In this document: positions 34,662 through 36,611 of the stretch, in pieces
How the letters are laid out: each line of letters starts with the position of its first letter
Numbering within the stretch: position 1 is the stretch's first letter
Virus record (IMG/VR): IMGVR_UViG_3300037046_000323
Coordinates: 1 to 36,611 of that record
Source: a virus
Lineage: Duplodnaviria > Caudoviricetes
DNA: 36,611 bases
Direction: 5' to 3' (one strand)
The notes under the pieces: model-generated
The model's database searches: none
The model's input: the letters and a program-made list of their open reading frames with translations, nothing else
What the model was told of the DNA's origin: nothing
Translations under genes and position numbers: made by a program

Positions 34662-36611
34662 ATGCTCAAGCAGATTAAAATTCTCGTTTTGGAAGATGTA
34701 TTGGATGATGCCATATTAGCAGAAAGAGAAATCAAGAAAACAATCGAAAATCCCGAGTTTAAAGTAGTTGACAATGAAAAAGACTTCCTTTCTGCCTTGG
34801 AGCAATTCAATCCAGATATAATAATCTCGGATTACAGTCTGCCCAGTTTTGACGGTTTATCTGCTCTCAAACTTACCAAAGATCAGGCAATAGAAACTCC
34901 ATTTATTATCTTTACTGGTTCACAGAATGAGGATATTGCAGTTGAGTGTATGAAAGCCGGAGCCACAGATTATATCATCAAGGAATATCGGAAACGTCTG
35001 GGTGCGGCAATTATCAATGCTTTGGAGCAAAAGCAAGCCAAAGATGAAAAACGGAGAATGGAGCAATTGGTAGTCGAAAGTGAAAAGAAGTATAAAGCCA
35101 TCTTTGAAAATATTCAGGATGTGTATTACGAAACATCTCTGGATGGAACGATATTGGAAGTGAGTCCATCAATAAATAACATCTCACATTACACCAGAGA
35201 AGAGCTTTTGGGAACCAGTATGTATAACTATTATCCTAATCCTTCTGAAAGGGATAAGTTTATCGAAACTCTGAAAACTATAGGATATGTTTCGGACCAT
35301 GAAGTGATTCTAAAGGATAAAGATGGCTCAGTAATAGATTGCTCGATAACAGCCAGAATTGTAACTGAGCCCAATAGTCCAACGCCCAAGTTGATAGGTA
35401 TGATGCGTGATATCTCTGAAAGATTGGAGTTTACCAGACAACTTATTGTTGCAAAAGAAAATGCAGAAGAGATGAACCGTTTAAAATCTTACTTTTTAGC
35501 CAATATGAGTCATGAACTCAGAACACCACTTTCCGGTATTTTGGGATTCTCAGAAATACTAAAAAACGCATGCTTAGAGCCAGAAGCCCATGAAATGATA
35601 AAAATGATACATACCTCGGGTACCAGATTACTCAATACTCTCAATCAAATTCTTGACTTATCCAGAATTGAAGCTAATAAGCAACAAATCAAGCTGGAAA
35701 TAGTTGATGGCAAAAACACAATCCATAATGCAGTAACACTGTTTGAACATCTTGCCAAGGCAAAAGGGCTGAAACTCAACTGGAGAACGGAACTCAATGA
35801 TATTACACTGATTACTGATGAACATATGCTGACGCACATACTGAATAACTTGATTGACAATGCTATACGATTTACTGATGAAGGTGGGATTAAAGTAACT
35901 GCTGATTATGAAAATCCTGAAACTGGAGACTACGTCATCATTAAAGTCGAAGACACAGGAATAGGTATCAGTGAAGATGCAATGGAACTAATCTTTGAGC
36001 CCTTTAGACAAGTCAGTGAAGGGTATAGCAGAACCTTTGAAGGAACAGGCTTGGGATTGACTTTGGTAAAGAAATATGTGGAATTGCTGAATGGAGAGAT
36101 TTCAGTTCAAAGCACAATAGGAGTGGGAACTACTTTTAAGATAAAACTTCACGTAGCAGGAAAGAAAGAAATACAAGCTGTAGAAAAGAAAGCAGAAACT
36201 ACCAATCAATACAGAATTGAGAAAAAGCAGGAGACAGACCTTATGCCCAATATTCTTTTAGTTGACGATGATGAAATGACTCATATGATTATAAAACACA
36301 TCCTTGCTGATAAGGCTCAGCTTGACTATGCCAATAATGGAGACTCTGCTTTATCAATGCTGATGGATAAAAAATATGACATAGTTCTTTTGGATATCAA
36401 TCTCAAGCAAAAGGTCAGTGGTTTGGATATTCTTAAACTCATGCGCAACAATCCTAAATACCATAAAACTCCAGTGGTTGCAGTAACAGCTTATGCGATG
36501 ATTGGTGATAAGGAAAGCTTTCTTGCCAAAGGCTGTTCTCATTATCTGTCCAAACCATTCTCAAGTGCAGATTTATTGGATGTTTTGGACGAGATCAAAG
36601 CACATATGTAA
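34662..36611 (+). CDS. Host hybrid sensor histidine kinase (REC-PAS-HisKA-HATPase-REC)
   Basis: IISDYSLP, PAS/PAC, MSHELRTPL, NLIDNAIRF, DTGIG, GTGLGL, LLDINL, LSKP. Confidence 0.95.
   Translation: MLKQIKILVLEDVLDDAILAEREIKKTIENPEFKVVDNEKDFLSALEQFNPDIIISDYSLPSFDGLSALKLTKDQAIETPFIIFTGSQNEDIAVECMKAGATDYIIKEYRKRLGAAIINALEQKQAKDEKRRMEQLVVESEKKYKAIFENIQDVYYETSLDGTILEVSPSINNISHYTREELLGTSMYNYYPNPSERDKFIETLKTIGYVSDHEVILKDKDGSVIDCSITARIVTEPNSPTPKLIGMMRDISERLEFTRQLIVAKENAEEMNRLKSYFLANMSHELRTPLSGILGFSEILKNACLEPEAHEMIKMIHTSGTRLLNTLNQILDLSRIEANKQQIKLEIVDGKNTIHNAVTLFEHLAKAKGLKLNWRTELNDITLITDEHMLTHILNNLIDNAIRFTDEGGIKVTADYENPETGDYVIIKVEDTGIGISEDAMELIFEPFRQVSEGYSRTFEGTGLGLTLVKKYVELLNGEISVQSTIGVGTTFKIKLHVAGKKEIQAVEKKAETTNQYRIEKKQETDLMPNILLVDDDEMTHMIIKHILADKAQLDYANNGDSALSMLMDKKYDIVLLDINLKQKVSGLDILKLMRNNPKYHKTPVVAVTAYAMIGDKESFLAKGCSHYLSKPFSSADLLDVLDEIKAHM

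Overview
Almost the whole window (304..34544, about 34.2 kb) is an apparently complete Mu-like transposable prophage. It has inverted terminal repeats, a 5-bp target duplication (GTATT) and, unusually, TA...TA rather than TG...CA termini. The CI-like repressor is on the + strand at the right end. Reading leftwards on the minus strand are an HTH protein, the DDE transposase, a MuB-like ATPase, early genes, the small and large terminases and a gpF-like protein. Next comes an AT-rich cargo block of about 11 kb. The late operon then encodes lysozyme, head-tail connectors, a PBSX-type portal, a protease-capsid fusion, a tail tube, a tail chaperone with a -1 frameshift, two tandem Dam-like methylases, the tape measure and tail-tip genes; no sheath was recognised, so the tail looks siphovirus-like. 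The cargo holds the best candidates for novelty. One is a translationally coupled operon of Trypco1, a trypsin/beta-barrel/GNAT fusion and a sodium:solute symporter. Another is a two-subunit restriction-like nuclease, one subunit carrying a ferredoxin-type 4Fe-4S dicluster, with two methylases and an HTH controller. A third is a membrane-anchored glycine-zipper protein. A host hybrid histidine kinase lies to the right. Family assignments come from motif recognition by eye; no database searches were run.
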